Source: Takakia lepidozioides (Eukaryota > Plantae > Bryophyta). From it: a stretch of DNA of 64,000 nucleotides. Position numbers and translations under genes: made by a program. The notes beneath the pieces were generated by a model. The model was not told where the DNA came from, did no database searches, and saw only the letters and a list, made by a program, of their open reading frames with translations. The DNA is taken from contig CM060734.1 of assembly GCA_030704615.1 (NCBI GenBank), positions 29,078,001 to 29,142,000 on the forward strand. The letters run 5' to 3'. The stretch's first letter is position 1. Every line of letters starts with the position of its first letter. Positions 63,600 to 64,000 of the stretch are shown here, one piece after another.

Positions 63600-64000
63600 G
63601 GGCTTACAGGAATTGCTTTGCCTTCAGTTTGAAGGACTTGGGAGCACTGAAGGGTCAAGAGATCCGTATTGAGTTGGCCACTGACACGCCAATCTTTCGG
63701 AGACCCTATAGATACAGTGACATGGAGAGTCTTTGATTCAGATGAGGACTCAAGATCTCTGGGAGGCAGGTTTGGTGGAGCTCTCTGGTGGAGAGTATGC
63801 TTCAGCCACAGTGATGCCAGCCAAGAAGGATGTCTATGGCAATTGGACGGAGACGTATGTGCGGTGATTACCGGCCTGTAAATCGTCAGACCAAGTCCGA
63901 TAAGTATGCCATGCCAACAACACCAGAGGAGATCTTTGATGCCATCGGGCATGCTAAGGGCTTTAGCACTTTGATTTACGATCCGATATCACCAGTTGCC
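63600..64000 (+). pseudogene. pol: B2 reverse transcriptase N-terminus
   Basis: RMCGDYRPVNRQTKSDKYAMP..EEIFDAIGHAK, matching B1. Confidence 0.85.

Larger units (their letters stand above)
56069..64000 (+). mobile_element. DNMT-encoding Ty3/gypsy-type retroelement B2, runs off window end
   Basis: Starts TGTCAAGT inside the element C integrase; 5' region, gag, PR, DNMT and RT start are collinear with B1. Confidence 0.92.

Overview
Eukaryotic, almost certainly plant DNA (spliceosomal introns, a UDP-glycosyltransferase PSPG fragment, plant-type Ty3/gypsy elements). A seed-free land plant or other streptophyte is my inference. The window is nearly all nested, frameshifted transposons. Two element types stand out, each present twice. 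(1) DNA transposons with short imperfect TIRs (E1, ~10146-26500, partial; E2, ~40860-51411, complete with both ends and a TSD). Each carries an intron-containing gene that fuses a ParB/Srx-like domain to a beta-class amino (N6A/N4C) DNA methyltransferase-like domain. In E2 this gene is divergent from a Mutator-like GCM/MULE/SWIM transposase. Equivalent introns of this gene hold arrays of 24-26 bp palindromes whose sequence differs between the two copies. (2) Ty3/gypsy-type retroelements (B1, 12615-22729 minus, complete; B2, 56069->64000 plus) with a DNMT3-like C5 methyltransferase between protease and RT; B1 also shows a PHD finger after the integrase. B1 has a 4-bp TSD and TGTCA...TGACA ends but no matching LTRs. 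Both copies start with a 64-bp unit followed by a hairpin that supplies a CCA in cis over the PBS position. Also present: conventional gypsy elements with extra ORFs, a related transposase paired with an FCP1-like phosphatase, a HECT-like pseudogene, and Helitron-like and tRNA-like remnants. All protein calls are by eye from motifs; no database searches were run.
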